A stretch of DNA of 63,653 nt, the filler included, from Octopus bimaculoides (lineage: Eukaryota): assembly GCF_001194135.2 (NCBI RefSeq). It is 9 parts of 9 records of this genome, joined end to end, with 100 filler letters (N's around TTAATTAATTAA, not from the genome) between each part and the next. Parts side by side here need not be neighbours in the genome. Positions count along the whole stretch, not along the records: positions 30,977 to 43,758 come from NC_068985.1; positions 43,859 to 47,321 come from NC_068990.1; positions 47,422 to 49,652 come from NC_069002.1; positions 49,753 to 53,694 come from NC_068983.1; 5 more parts are not named here. The stretch is one strand, 5' to 3'. The notes under the pieces are model-generated. The model saw nothing but the letters and a program-made list of their open reading frames with translations. It was not told where the DNA came from and ran no database searches. Numbering within the stretch: position 1 is the stretch's first letter; the number at the start of each line of letters is the position of its first letter. Made by a program: the position numbers and the translations under genes. This document shows, in pieces, positions 39,441 to 52,120 of the stretch.

Positions 39441-40646
39441 TACCAAGGACGAGCGTCCGTCTTAAAAATTGTAAAAACAAACAGTAACACTATTTTTCTA
39501 ATAAATGTAGAAAACCCGGTATAAAAAAAAGAGATACACACTTTCATAGGCACATACACACAGAAACACTTATACATACACCCACATGTATATATATATA
39601 TATGAAATAAATATTTGAAAGTACAAATTTGTGTATATAGATATTTCTATTCTTTTTTGGTACTTACCTTTTTGTTTTATCTTGGATATATTATTAAAGC
39701 CCTGCTTTTAGATTGAGTGGCTATAGTTTAAGTTTTCCTATACTCAGCATATATATGAAGCAATATTTTCATATAAATTCACATCTACAACTTTGCCAAT
39801 ATCGGTGGCACACATGCCTTACTTTTCCCTGCTGAGTAGGATGCATTGCGTGGGCGAGTAATACGGTGATCAGACATCATCTCACCTGTAGAGGCATTTG
39901 AATTTTTAGCAGAACCTCCCCAAATTGAACACAGCTGAGTCGATCGTTCAGGGAACAACAAGGAAATGAATGATTTATAAGTAAACGAAGAAACTGAAGC
40001 GGAGAATGGAAGATAAAAATAACGCAAAATGAAAAATAAAAAAAAAGAGAGAAAAAAAATGATAATAAAACAATGAAGGATAGAATAAATAAACTGAAAG
40101 ACAAAGAAATAAAGAAGGAAAGAAAAGAAGATGGAAAGAATGAAAACACTGGTTGAAGCTGTGAAGAGAACAAAGTACCAATGATAAAAGAGTGTGTGTT
40201 GGATGAGCTAAGTCAATGTATCAATAGAAGTCACAACATAATGATAGCGTTATTTTATCTATCAACATTCGCACACACTCCCATAGACACGAACTCAAAG
40301 ACGCGTGCGTGCACAAGCACCCATGTACATATGCATGCTATGCATGCATACATACGCACACACAGACACACACAGACACAGACACACACACATACAGACA
40401 CACACGCACGGACACACGTTTATATGTGTGTATACAAATATACTTGAGCGATTTAAAACGAAAATTACGCGATAATACGCATATGTACGTAAACACAAAC
40501 GCGGGCGCATTTACATAAGCAAATTGTCAAACAATTAAAATAGCAGATAAGTTGTACCTTCGATATATGTATATGTGTGTATGTGTCATTGTGTGTGTAT
40601 GTGTTTGTGTGTCAGTGTTTGTATGTGTATGTATGTGAGTGTGTAG

Positions 40647-40689
<43 letters not shown>

Positions 40690-41177
40690 NNNNNNNNNNN
40701 NNNNNNNNNNNNNNNNNNNNNNNNNNNNNNNNNNNNNNNNNNNNNNNNNNNNNNNNNNNNNNNNNNNNNNNNNNNNNNNNNNNNNNNNNNNNNNNNNNNN
40801 NNNNNNNNNNNNNNNNNNNNNNNNNNNNNNNNNNNNNNNNNNNNNNNNNNNNNNNNNNNNNNNNNNNNNNNNNNNNNNNNNNNNNNNNNNNNNNNNNNNN
40901 NNNNNNNNNNNNNNNNNNNNNNNNNNNNNNNNNNNNNNNNNNNNNNNNNNNNNNNNNNNNNNNNNNNNNNNNNNNNNNNNNNNNNNNNNNNNNNNNNNNN
41001 NNNNNNNNNNNNNNNNNNNNNNNNNNNNNNNNNNNNNNNNNNNNNNNNNNNNNNNNNNNNNNNNNNNNNNNNNNNNNNNNNNNNNNNNNNNNNNNNNNNN
41101 NNNNNNNNNNNNNNNNNNNNNNNNNNNNNNNNNNNNNNNNNNNNNNNNNNNNNNNNNNNNNNNNNNNNNNNNNNNNN

Positions 41178-41226
<49 letters not shown>

Positions 41227-41252
41227 ACACACACACGTGTGAGTATATACAT

Positions 41253-41284
<32 letters not shown>

Positions 41285-41641
41285 ATGCTTTCATAATTGC
41301 GTAAAGTGAAATGATTATAAAATGTAAAAATACATTGCAAAATGATTCTAAAAGTTAATCAACCGTGAGATTTGGAGGGAGAGAGAGAGAAGGACAGAAA
41401 GAAGGAAAGAATGAGAGGGAGAGATCAAAATGTGTGGGACGGTACGAGAGACGGAGATATAGGAGAATTTTCAGGTTGAGTAGCAGGTTGGCTATGTAGC
41501 ATTGGAAGCGTAAAGGTACACTTAGGCTATTTTTGTTATTTCATTTACGGGACGACTCACTAACTTCTATTGTTATACAACCGGATATTTTTTTTCATTC
41601 TGAATATATATATATATATCTATAAATATAGATATAGATAT

Positions 41642-41676
<35 letters not shown>

Positions 41677-41704
41677 TAAATATATATATACATATACATA
41701 TATA

Positions 41705-41760
<56 letters not shown>

Positions 41761-42280
41761 CATATGTGTGTACATATATATGTGTATAAACAAGATTGTG
41801 TAGCGTGTATGTATACATGCATGCATGTATTTACATTTGTATAGGTATATACCATGAGAGAGAGGGAGAGAGATAGAGGGAGAGAGAGAGATAGAGAAAG
41901 AGAGATAGATAGAGAGAGAGTGTGTGTGGGGCGGGGTCGAGAAAGAGGAAGAGACCAAGCAACACAAACTGTCACATTTGAATACAAAAAACACTGCAAA
42001 TAACAAAGACAATGCACACACACACACACACACGTGTATATTATGTTGGTATTTACACATACATTTATATATATATAAATATACACATATATGCATACAC
42101 ACTCACAAACACACACATACATAAACATACATGCGCATATATATATATATACATAGATACTTATATATGCAACTATCAATCTTTGTATCTATAGCTAGAT
42201 ATATGTATATTTATGGGTGTATATATATATATATTTTATACACAGACACACGCACACATATCTATCTATCTATCTATCTA

Positions 42281-42313
<33 letters not shown>

Positions 42314-43685
42314 NNNNNNNNNNNNNNNNNNNNNNNNNNNNNNNNNNNNNNNNNNNNNNNNNNNNNNNNNNNNNNNNNNNNNNNNNNNNNNNNNNNNNNN
42401 NNNNNNNNNNNNNNNNNNNNNNNNNNNNNNNNNNNNNNNNNNNNNNNNNNNNNNNNNNNNNNNNNNNNNNNNNNNNNNNNNNNNNNNNNNNNNNNNNNNN
42501 NNNNNNNNNNNNNNNNNNNNNNNNNNNNNNNNNNNNNNNNNNNNNNNNNNNNNNNNNNNNNNNNNNNNNNNNNNNNNNNNNNNNNNNNNNNNNNNNNNNN
42601 NNNNNNNNNNNNNNNNNNNNNNNNNNNNNNNNNNNNNNNNNNNNNNNNNNNNNNNNNNNNNNNNNNNNNNNNNNNNNNNNNNNNNNNNNNNNNNNNNNNN
42701 NNNNNNNNNNNNNNNNNNNNNNNNNNNNNNNNNNNNNNNNNNNNNNNNNNNNNNNNNNNNNNNNNNNNNNNNNNNNNNNNNNNNNNNNNNNNNNNNNNNN
42801 NNNNNNNNNNNNNNNNNNNNNNNNNNNNNNNNNNNNNNNNNNNNNNNNNNNNNNNNNNNNNNNNNNNNNNNNNNNNNNNNNNNNNNNNNNNNNNAAAGTG
42901 TCAGTCATAATAACGGAGCGTTAATGCCGCAATGGAGAATAAAATCCGATAATCTACTAAGTTACGGCCTAGACAAGCATTCACGCACGTAACAGGTAGT
43001 GACAGACTAACAGGCGTTGCTTTTTGTATATTTGCGTGCACTCATATACGCAGGTACTAATACAAAAAAAACAAAAAAAAACCTGCGCACTTGTATACAC
43101 GCATAATCGGACACCGATGCATTCACCTGCCTAATGTGTTCGTACATGTGTACCTATGTGTACATGCGTATAAGTGTGTTTTCCTTTGTGTGTGTGTGTG
43201 TGCGCGCGTGTCAGACAGAGAGAGAGAGACAGGCAGACACAAAGAAGGTGAGAGAGGAAGGGAGAGAATGTAAATATAAATATATATACAGGTACACTCG
43301 TGCTTAGAAACAAACGATGCCGCAATATTCAGGTGTCGTTTTATACGCACCCATTCTGAACTGTGTAGCTACATATGTTACGATGAGATTAATTATTGTC
43401 TGGTTTTTCTCTCTTTTTCATTGATGTGTTGACAGTATATCCGAAACTACATCATCATATGCTGTAGGACTGTAGTGTTTGACTGAGTGGAAATTTAGCT
43501 TTTGTTTCCGTCAAGCTGCCTGAAAAGTTCGGTATTTCCTTGCTTGAGATCATAGTAAGCAAACGTTTATCATTCGCGTCTAGCAGTGACACTAAAGTTT
43601 CGTGAGTGATCGCTAAGATTCTACAAGAAATTATATATATATATATATATAAAATTTAAGGAATGGAGAAAACGCATGTTATAAT

Positions 43686-43758
43686 TGCATACTTTATTCC
43701 TACATATGGATCACACAGGTTGTAATCCTTTGAAACATATGTAGGAATAAAGTATGCA
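43686..43758. repeat. Perfect 23-bp inverted repeat with 27-nt spacer
   Basis: tgcatactttattcctacatatg (43686-43708) and catatgtaggaataaagtatgca (43736-43758). The right arm runs into a gap. Confidence 0.9.
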
Positions 43759-43874
43759 NNNNNNNNNNNNNNNNNNNNNNNNNNNNNNNNNNNNNNNNNN
43801 NNTTAATTAATTAANNNNNNNNNNNNNNNNNNNNNNNNNNNNNNNNNNNNNNNNNNNNTATATATATTTATATA

Positions 43875-44040
43875 TACGATGGACTTCTTTCAGTTTCTGT
43901 CTACCAAATCCACTCAGAAGGATTTGGTCAGCCTGAGGCTATAGTAGTAGACACTTGCCTAAGGTGCCATGCAGTGGGACTGAATCCAGAACTATGTGGT
44001 CTGGGAACCAAGCTTCTTACCACACAGTTACGTCTGCACC
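43875..44040 (-). mobile_element. SINE family S1 head and body
   Basis: gatggacttctttcagtttctgtctaccaaatccactc...gacacttgcctaaggtgccatgcagtgggactgaatcc. Confidence 0.85.
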
Positions 44041-44822
44041 TATATATATGTGGAGAAAATTTAGCTGCTCTTTATAGCATATCAAACTACAACACAAAAG
44101 CTTTATTTTCTTAAATGACAGAATGTTTTTTGCTAGCTATTTTTAGCAAATAACTCAGAGGAGAGTCTTTTAGTGATTTGAGAGAAATTTCTTTGTTATT
44201 TCCAACATGTTAAGCCATGACACAGAGGCCAAATTTGTGACTCAGTTTCACTTTTCTTCTTTTGAAAATAGCTGAGTGCTATTTATGTATTTTCTATAGA
44301 GACTCCTTTCTTTAAATATTTCACTTGCTAAGTAAGCTATGATTTATGGCCTATTATCTCATTACATAAAAACACATTTTATAAGTACGGCAGTTGCTTA
44401 ATTAGACCAAACCGAAATGAGGGCTCTGTTACGCTCTGAAAAACAAGAATCTAGAGTATTTCTCTTTCTCATTCTTTCTCTTTCCTCTCTCTTTTCACTC
44501 TGTCTTTCCTCATCTCTCTCTCGATTGCTCTCTATTTCTCTCTCTCTCTCTGTCTTTTCCTCTCTCCCACATAGATATATACGCATATGTTTGCGTGAGA
44601 CAGATGTATGTATATGCATCCATACAAATACATATATCCCTGCATACATACACTCACGCATATTGCAAACGTGAGTGTAAGTGTTATATATATATGTACA
44701 TGATAATATATATATATACATATACATATATATATGATAATATATATATATATATACGAAATGTATACATGTACAAATACATATATATACATATATATAT
44801 ATATACACATATGTATATATAC

Positions 44823-44920
<98 letters not shown>

Positions 44921-45195
44921 GTAAAGAAAGAGGGAGATAGAGGCAAGAGAGAGAATGAAGATTAGGAAAAAGAAAGAGTAAGAGAGAAACACATTTGCAA
45001 TATATCTAAATGTATGTGTGCATGTCATGCCTCCAAATATGTTTATATGTGGTTGTTTGCACTCACACCTCTTGTCTTGTATTGATTTACCAAAAAGTAA
45101 TAAATTGTGAATTCAATATGCAAAAGTCAAGTATTCTTCAATATACAATTTAAACTGAATAACCCAAATATATTTATGTGTGTGTGTGTATATAT

Positions 45196-45230
<35 letters not shown>

Positions 45231-45231
45231 C

Positions 45232-45620
45232 CTTTTTACTTGTTTCAGTCATTTGACTGTGGCTATGCTGGAGCACCGCCTTTAGTCAAGCAAATCGACC
45301 CCAGGACTTATTCTTTGTAAGCCTAGTACCTATTCTATCGGTCTCTTTTGCCAAACTGCTAAGATACGGGGACGTAAACACACCAGCATTGATTGTCAAG
45401 CGATGTTGGGGGGACAAACACAGACACACAAACATATACACACACACATATATATATACATATATACGACGGGCTTCTTTCAGTTTCCGTCTACCAAATC
45501 CACTCACAAGGCTTTGGTCAGCCCGAGACCCAAAGTAGAAGACACTTGCCCAAGGTGCCGCGCTGTGAGACTGAACCAAGAACCTTGTGGTTGGTAAGCA
45601 AGCTACTTACCACACAGCCA
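45232..45620 (-). mobile_element. SINE family S1, near full-length
   Basis: Full reverse-complement match to the 29586-29969 copy. Confidence 0.92.
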
Positions 45621-45719
45621 CAGTCAAATCAAATAGATGAACATTGAAAATAACAATAACAAACAAGTGGACATGCACATGGAATGTATTATTCTGATGT
45701 TCAGTAACAAGAGAGAATT

Positions 45720-46555
45720 TTCAATGTTTCACTGGAACGTTTCCATCAGATGTGTCTCAGACGGATCTATGGCATTAAGTGGGAGGACCACATCAGTGAT
45801 CTTGAAATATTGGAAAGCTCTTGGTGTGAAAGTATAGAAGCTCTTGTGTTAAAGCAAAGGCTCATATGGAGTGGTCATCTGGTGAGGATGAAGGATTCAA
45901 AGATGCCAAAACAACTCCTTTAAGGAGAGTTAGCTAAAGGAGAATGAATTACATATAAACCAAAAAAAAGGTGTAAGGACTTGCTGAAGGCTTCCTTAAG
46001 AGATGATTGCATCTCTCCTGACACATGGGAGGGCATAGCTATTGACCGTAGCAGGTGGAGAAAGATTGTGCACGAGGGGACAGCTACTTTTGAGAAATCT
46101 CGAATTGTGCATGAGAAAGTGAGGAGGGATGTCAGGAAGGGCATCGCTGTTGCACTTCCAGATGGTAAGGGTCTTCCTATGATGCTGACATGCAGTGTCT
46201 GTGAAAGACCCTGCCTCAGTAAAGCTGGACTCAAGAGTCATTTTCGTAGTCATTAAGTGAGACAGATGATTGACAACCAGGCTGCTGGTGGTGGTGCTAC
46301 ACACCATACTAATCATATCTGTCAGGTATGTAGACGGGAGTGTAATTTGGCGGGATTACTTAAACGACATGCAAAGGTGCACAAAGCCCAGTTACAACCA
46401 CAGCCAGCCATTGCCGGTAAAGGTTTTAGCTGCTAATTCTGTACAAGACATTGTAGATCTTTAGCTGGGCTAAAAAGTCACATTCGATCACAGCACCGAT
46501 AACAGTTAAGCCTCATGCAATGGCCATACTCGATAACGAGGGGGCAACCATCATA
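45720..46555 (+). mobile_element. 5'-truncated RTE-clade LINE, 3' end of ORF with three C2H2 zinc fingers (pseudogenised)
   Basis: One frame from 45732: LERFHQMCLRRIYGIKWEDHISDLEILE...LIWSGHLVRMKDSKMPKQLL*GEL...KPKKRCKDLLKASL...DRSRWRKIVHEG, the typical RTE post-RT region. It continues through CSVCERPCLSKAGLKSHFRSH*, CQVCRRECNLAGLLKRHAKVH and C*FCTRHCRSLAGLKSHIRSQH, with the final stop at 46500-46502, a short 3' UTR and a microsatellite tail. Confidence 0.9.
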
Positions 46556-46573
46556 TATGTATGAATGTATGTA

Positions 46574-46632
<59 letters not shown>

Positions 46633-47038
46633 ACTTTCTTCTGTTTTTAATTATTTAAATCCTTTCTCTGAAGAAGGAACTGGCTTCTAACACACATACA
46701 CACATGCACAAACACACACATACATACACACACATACACACACATATACACAGATATACACATGCATATATATTCACAAATGAAACAAAATTGAGCTAAG
46801 GGAAATAACTCAGAATGGCCAGTGTCATGTATATGAACATCATAGACAAATACAGATATATTAAATACCATACAACATGTATTCATGATTAATTCATATC
46901 GCCTCTGGTTACCAAATAACTACTGAGACCAGCAGGGATGATCATCTCAAGAATCAAGACTTCTCTAGATTAAGTTGAAATACATGTTCCTCTCAAGAAT
47001 CTAACTGTTACTGTCTAATATTTATATAGTTACAAGCA

Positions 47039-47321
47039 GAAGCAGATAAGGAAAGATTTGCCAATGTTCTGCGCCGTGAGGACCAAAGACTCGAGGTATT
47101 TCGTGTTACAAGACAGTGTAGGAGAGAGAATAGTGATGTTGTAGGAGAGAAATGTGTTCGCATGGATGATGGTACGCTTGCACTAAATGAGGATGCAAAG
47201 AAAAAGGTCTGGAGATGCCACTACGATAGATTGCTTAATAAAGAGAATGAATGGGAGAAAGAGAGCCTGCCGTATGTCGACCCAATAGAGGGACCAGCTA
47301 TCCGAGTTGATAGTACCAGGG
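47039..47321 (+). mobile_element. RTE-clade LINE internal fragment (endonuclease-RT linker)
   Basis: Open frame EADKERFANVLRREDQRLEVFRVTRQCRRENSDVVGEKCVRMDDGTLALNEDAKKKVWRCHYDRLLNKENEW, matching the W..HY..LLN motif of RTE linkers. Ends at a gap. Confidence 0.85.
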
Positions 47322-47444
47322 NNNNNNNNNNNNNNNNNNNNNNNNNNNNNNNNNNNNNNNNNNNNTTAATTAATTAANNNNNNNNNNNNNNNNNNNNNNN
47401 NNNNNNNNNNNNNNNNNNNNNTATGTGTATGTGTGTATATTTAT

Positions 47445-47587
47445 ATACTCTCTTTTACTCTTTTACTTGTTTCAGTCATTTGACTATGGCCATGCTGGAG
47501 CACCGCCTTTAGTCGAGGAAATCGACCCCAGGACTTATTTTTTGTAAGCTTAGTACTTATTCTATCGGTCTCTTTTGCCGAACCGCT
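47445..47587 (-). mobile_element. SINE family S1 3' tail
   Basis: ctcttttactcttttacttgtttcagtcatttgact...gtctcttttgccgaaccgct. Confidence 0.85.
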
Positions 47588-47763
47588 ATATGTATGTATG
47601 TATGTATGTATGCGTACGCGTACATAGACAAGTATACATATACACGTATACATGCACACGTATACTCACACACATGTATATATAAATATACGCATGGTTA
47701 CAAACTTATATATAAACATATACACACAAACATATCAGTGTGTGTGTTTGTGTATGTACGTGT

Positions 47764-47839
<76 letters not shown>

Positions 47840-48440
47840 CCAGTAAACATTATTTGGATTCGCCCTCTTTCTATAGTTATAGTAAGAAAATCTCAACAAG
47901 TTTCTATTTTGACTTTTTTTTTTTTTTGCCACGTTCTAAGGAAGAAATCATTAAATTAGGTTTACCTGACACGTGGGTCTCTACAAAACGATGCTACGTT
48001 GTCAAGGTGGTGGGGGAGAGAGCAGAAGGAACAGAATTGACAGTTGGTGCTCTTTATCAATAATAAAACAATTAATTTCCGTCTCCACGTTGCTCATGAA
48101 TATTATTATAAAATCTATGCCAACTCATGCCTTTCCAATCTTACACGAATCACTGCCAAAAATCAATGCATCTGATTACATTTTCAGACGTTCTGTTGGT
48201 GACAGATGTTGTGGTTGCTATTGGTTAACTAACAATCACCGTGGCATTACATGACCATTCTATTTAAATATTAGCCACGTTAAGAACTAAACGACTTTAT
48301 TTGTTACGATAATAAAACACAAGCACATTCTTCTGAACATAGTGTGAAAGCCATTACTTCAGGTAAGACATTCCCATTTATTAATTTTTATTTTTTTATT
48401 TTAACCTAAGTCATGTTGTTATAGTTATTGTTACAAAGCA

Positions 48441-48890
48441 GCGAGCTGGCAGAAACGTTAGCGCACCGGGCAAAATATTTAGTGGTATTTCGTCTGCCGT
48501 TACGTTCTGAGTTCAAATTCCGCCGAAGTCGACTTTGCCTTTCATCCTTTCGGACTCGATAAATAAAGTACCAGTTATGCACGGAGGTCGATATATTCGA
48601 CTTAATCCCTTTGTCTGTCCTTGTTTGTCCCCTCTATGTTTAGCCCCCTGTGGGCAATAAAGAAATAAGAAACGTTAGCATGCCGAGTAAAATGTTTGCA
48701 GTATTTCGTCTGTCTTTATGTTCTGAGTTCAAATTCTGCCGGGGACGACTTTGCCTTTCATCCTTTCGGGGTCGATAAATTAAGTACCAGTTGCGTACTT
48801 GGGTCGATCTAACCGACTGGCCCCCTCCCCTGCAAAATTCGGACCTTGTGCCAAGAGTAGAGAAGATTATTGTTATCACTGCACTTGTTA
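48441..48890 (+). mobile_element. Dimeric S2 SINE
   Basis: Monomer 1 from gcgagctggcagaaacgttagc to gggcaataaagaaataag. Monomer 2 from gaaacgttagcatgccg to a ggaccttgtgcc...gattatt tail. Confidence 0.85.
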
Positions 48891-49473
48891 TTCTGGTAAA
48901 TATTGTATTTATGATAATTATTGTTGTTGCTGTATAGCCCCAGGTCAGTCCTCCTCGAGGAGATCTTTGACGTTCCATTTGTGACCAGACGGTCTCCTTG
49001 TGTAACTACATTGTCCAATGTGTACTTCCTCTTTTAAAGATGGTACAGTGCGATTCGAGGGAGGTTGGACTGTTATTTATTGTAGACAGAGCAACGCGTA
49101 AAGACTTCCATTTGTAGTCTATAATCTTGTTTTTAGATTATATTATTTTTGAAATTCCAAATAATGTACCTGCTTGCACTAAATAGAGGCGTTTATAGAC
49201 GCATGTATTTTATGTAGCGGTGTTTATACACGTGTTAACACAAACATCACATCTTCATTTATAAAAATGTTCCAAAACCGCAGTGACAATTATTTAGGGA
49301 AGAACTGCGTTTGAAGACCCGGTTCTAGATGTAACCATTTTACTTCTCTTAAATCGCCACCGCTATTCAGAAGGAAACAAAGTCTATAAATACAAGAACA
49401 GTGTCTAGATTCATTTACGAATCTTTCATCTCATATTTTATTTGCTAGGTTGAATCTGTGCGTAAGTACCTCG

Positions 49474-49528
<55 letters not shown>

Positions 49529-49547
49529 GTCTGTCTATCTATCTATG

Positions 49548-49639
<92 letters not shown>

Positions 49640-49764
49640 ATCTATCTATCTTNNNNNNNNNNNNNNNNNNNNNNNNNNNNNNNNNNNNNNNNNNNNTTAA
49701 TTAATTAANNNNNNNNNNNNNNNNNNNNNNNNNNNNNNNNNNNNNNNNNNNNTATATATATATG

Positions 49765-50092
49765 GTTGTGTGGTAAGTAGCTTGCATACTAACCACATGG
49801 TTCCAGGTTCAGTCCCACTGCGTAGCACCTTCTGCTAGTGTCTTCTACTATAGCCTCGAGCCGACCAAAGCCTTGTGAGTGGATTTGGTAGACAGAAATG
49901 TGTGTGTGTGTGTGTCTGTGTCTATGTGTGTATGTTTGTGCCTGTGTTTGTCCCTCCCTCCCCACCATCGCTTGACAACCGAGGCTGGCAAAAGAACCAA
50001 TAGAATAAGTACTAGGCTTTCAAAGAATAAGTCGTGGGGTCGATTTGTTCAACTAAAGGTGCTGCTCCAGCATGGCCGCAGTCAAATGGTAT
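49765..50092 (+). mobile_element. SINE family S1 copy
   Basis: tggttgtgtggtaagtagcttgc...aaagccttgtgagtggatttggtagac...gctccagcatggccgcagtcaaat. Confidence 0.88.
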
Positions 50093-50371
50093 CAAAAGAT
50101 ATATATATGTTAATGAAAGCAAAAAATAAAACAAAAATGATAAAAGCAAATGGCTACAAATGTGCTCAATATTTTAGCCACAGAAATTTCTGTGAAAGAG
50201 ACATGGTTAAACAAAGGTGAAAAGTTCAATTATTTTTCATAGTGGTTTGGTTGAAGCCTTTGTATTTAGAGAGAGATGGGGAGGGGAGGTAAAATTTCTT
50301 GTCTCGTGTTTAAAAGAGAAAATCTCTTTGCAATGACTCCCATTCAGGTCTTTGGACAAACACAAACACAG

Positions 50372-50406
<35 letters not shown>

Positions 50407-50859
50407 CACACACACACGCACACACACAAACACACACACGACGCACACGGGACTATAGTAGGGGACATTTGGTGTCACACAGTGGTGCTAAACCCAGAAC
50501 CATACAGCTAAGAAACAGGCAGACAGGACTGTATTCTACAACAGAGGTTATAGAAAAAATATAAGGCAAGTATATAACCAGCTTCTGAAAAATTCTAATT
50601 ATTAATTTGCTTTTTATGTATATCTCTTTGAGCGTAACATCATGCAACAGATAAAGGTTTCTTTAGGATTTTGTTAAATTTCTTTCCAATTTATGCCAGA
50701 ATATTTTTTAAAAGTGTAGTTTAAATGTAGTTTCGCTTACTGATGGTGAAAATTTTTGGTAAATTTATAGTTTAAGACCCAATTTAATTTTGGTGGGAAA
50801 TGATGCTTTTTTTCTCTTTTTTTTGTGCTATCAACTAATCTAATCTCCTAATATGCTGC

Positions 50860-50974
50860 AAATAATTTTTTCCACAGAAATCGGAGGGGAGTCGGGTAGG
50901 GTGAAACCTCGGAAATTTTCCCCCTCACCTCACCTCACCCTACTGGGTCCCTACACCTCCTAAGGCCGGCCCTA
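50860..50974. mobile_element. hAT-type transposon terminus
   Basis: Ends cctaaggccggccct; the reverse complement AGGGCCGGCCTTAGG resembles the CAGGGCCGGCC termini common in hAT elements. The partner end was not found. Confidence 0.45.
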
Positions 50975-51100
50975 TATATGTGTGTGTGTGTATGTCTAAA
51001 TATATACATACATACATACATACATACATACATACATACATACATACATACATACGTACATATATACATACATACATATATACATACATACATACATACA

Positions 51101-51131
<31 letters not shown>

Positions 51132-51134
51132 GCG

Positions 51135-51272
51135 ACTAGCCTCTTTCAGTTTCCGCCTACCAAGGTTTTGGTTGGCCCGAGGCTATAGCAGAATACACAT
51201 GGCCAGGTGCCACGCAGTGGGATTGAACCCGGAACCATGTGGCTGGGAAGCAAACTTTTTACCACGCAGTCA
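51135..51272 (-). mobile_element. SINE family S1 head fragment
   Basis: ctttcagtttccgcctacc...ggcccgaggctatag...ggtgccacgcagtgggattgaacccggaaccatgtgg. Confidence 0.85.
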
Positions 51273-51774
51273 CACTTTTTGCTCACTATATATAATTGTT
51301 TTAATTTTTATCTGTTTCTTCCAGCCTTAAGGAAGGTTCGGCATTTAACTGAAGTCCTCTTTTATGCTGTTTCTGTTTTACCTTGTTTTAGAGACTTTTG
51401 TTTAGCAATTCTGGCTGTTAAAGATGAGTTATAGCCGAGACGTCTAATGACTTCTATGATGATATATAACCCCCATAACTAACTACTATGTAGTTATGAA
51501 ATATGTAATTAGTAAACTGCGGATTTTTAGAAATGTAAGCTGTCAACTTTTGTGATCGATTCATGCATTTCTAAATAGTGTTAGTTATACAGAGGAAGTA
51601 AAATTACCTATTCTTTTAGATCATTTTAATTTCAAAATTATGACAATGATGAAAACAGATTTAACATACTATAAAAGTAAAATGTTGTGTCTGATGAAGT
51701 AGTAATTAACTTCAGTAGTACGTATTAATTTTAGGCGTACTGATCATCTGTCTATAATACACACTCAAACACAT

Positions 51775-51888
51775 GCACGCAAACACGGGTTCAGTCGCAC
51801 TGCATTGCACATTGGGATCCACTGTAGCCTCGGACCGTCCAAAGCCTTGTGAGCGAATTCGATAGACGGAAACCGAAAGAAACCCGTT

Positions 51889-51956
<68 letters not shown>

Positions 51957-52120
51957 TGTTGGTGTGTTTATGTTCCTGTACATTAGTGGTTCGGCAAAAC
52001 AGATCGATAGAATAAGCACCAAACTTTAAAAATAAAAAAGTACTGGAGTTGATTTGTTCGACGAAACCTTTGAAGGTAGTGCCTCAGCATGGCCGCAGTC
52101 AAATAACTGAAACAAACAAA
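51775..52120 (+). mobile_element. SINE family S1, diverged, with internal (TA)n
   Basis: gggttcagtcgcactgc...aaagccttgtgag...(TA)n...ggttcggcaaaac...cagcatggccgcagtcaaataactgaaac. Confidence 0.8.

Noticed and set aside
47941-48254. Plus-strand ORFs EEIIKLGLPDTWVSTK... and PTHAFPILHESLPKINASDY...
   Set aside because: They are short, in different frames, with no recognisable domain; they cannot be distinguished from chance.
51690-51718. CTGATGAAGT-agtaatta-ACTTCAG hairpin with a hammerhead-like start
   Set aside because: No GAAA follows the stem, so it is a simple hairpin.
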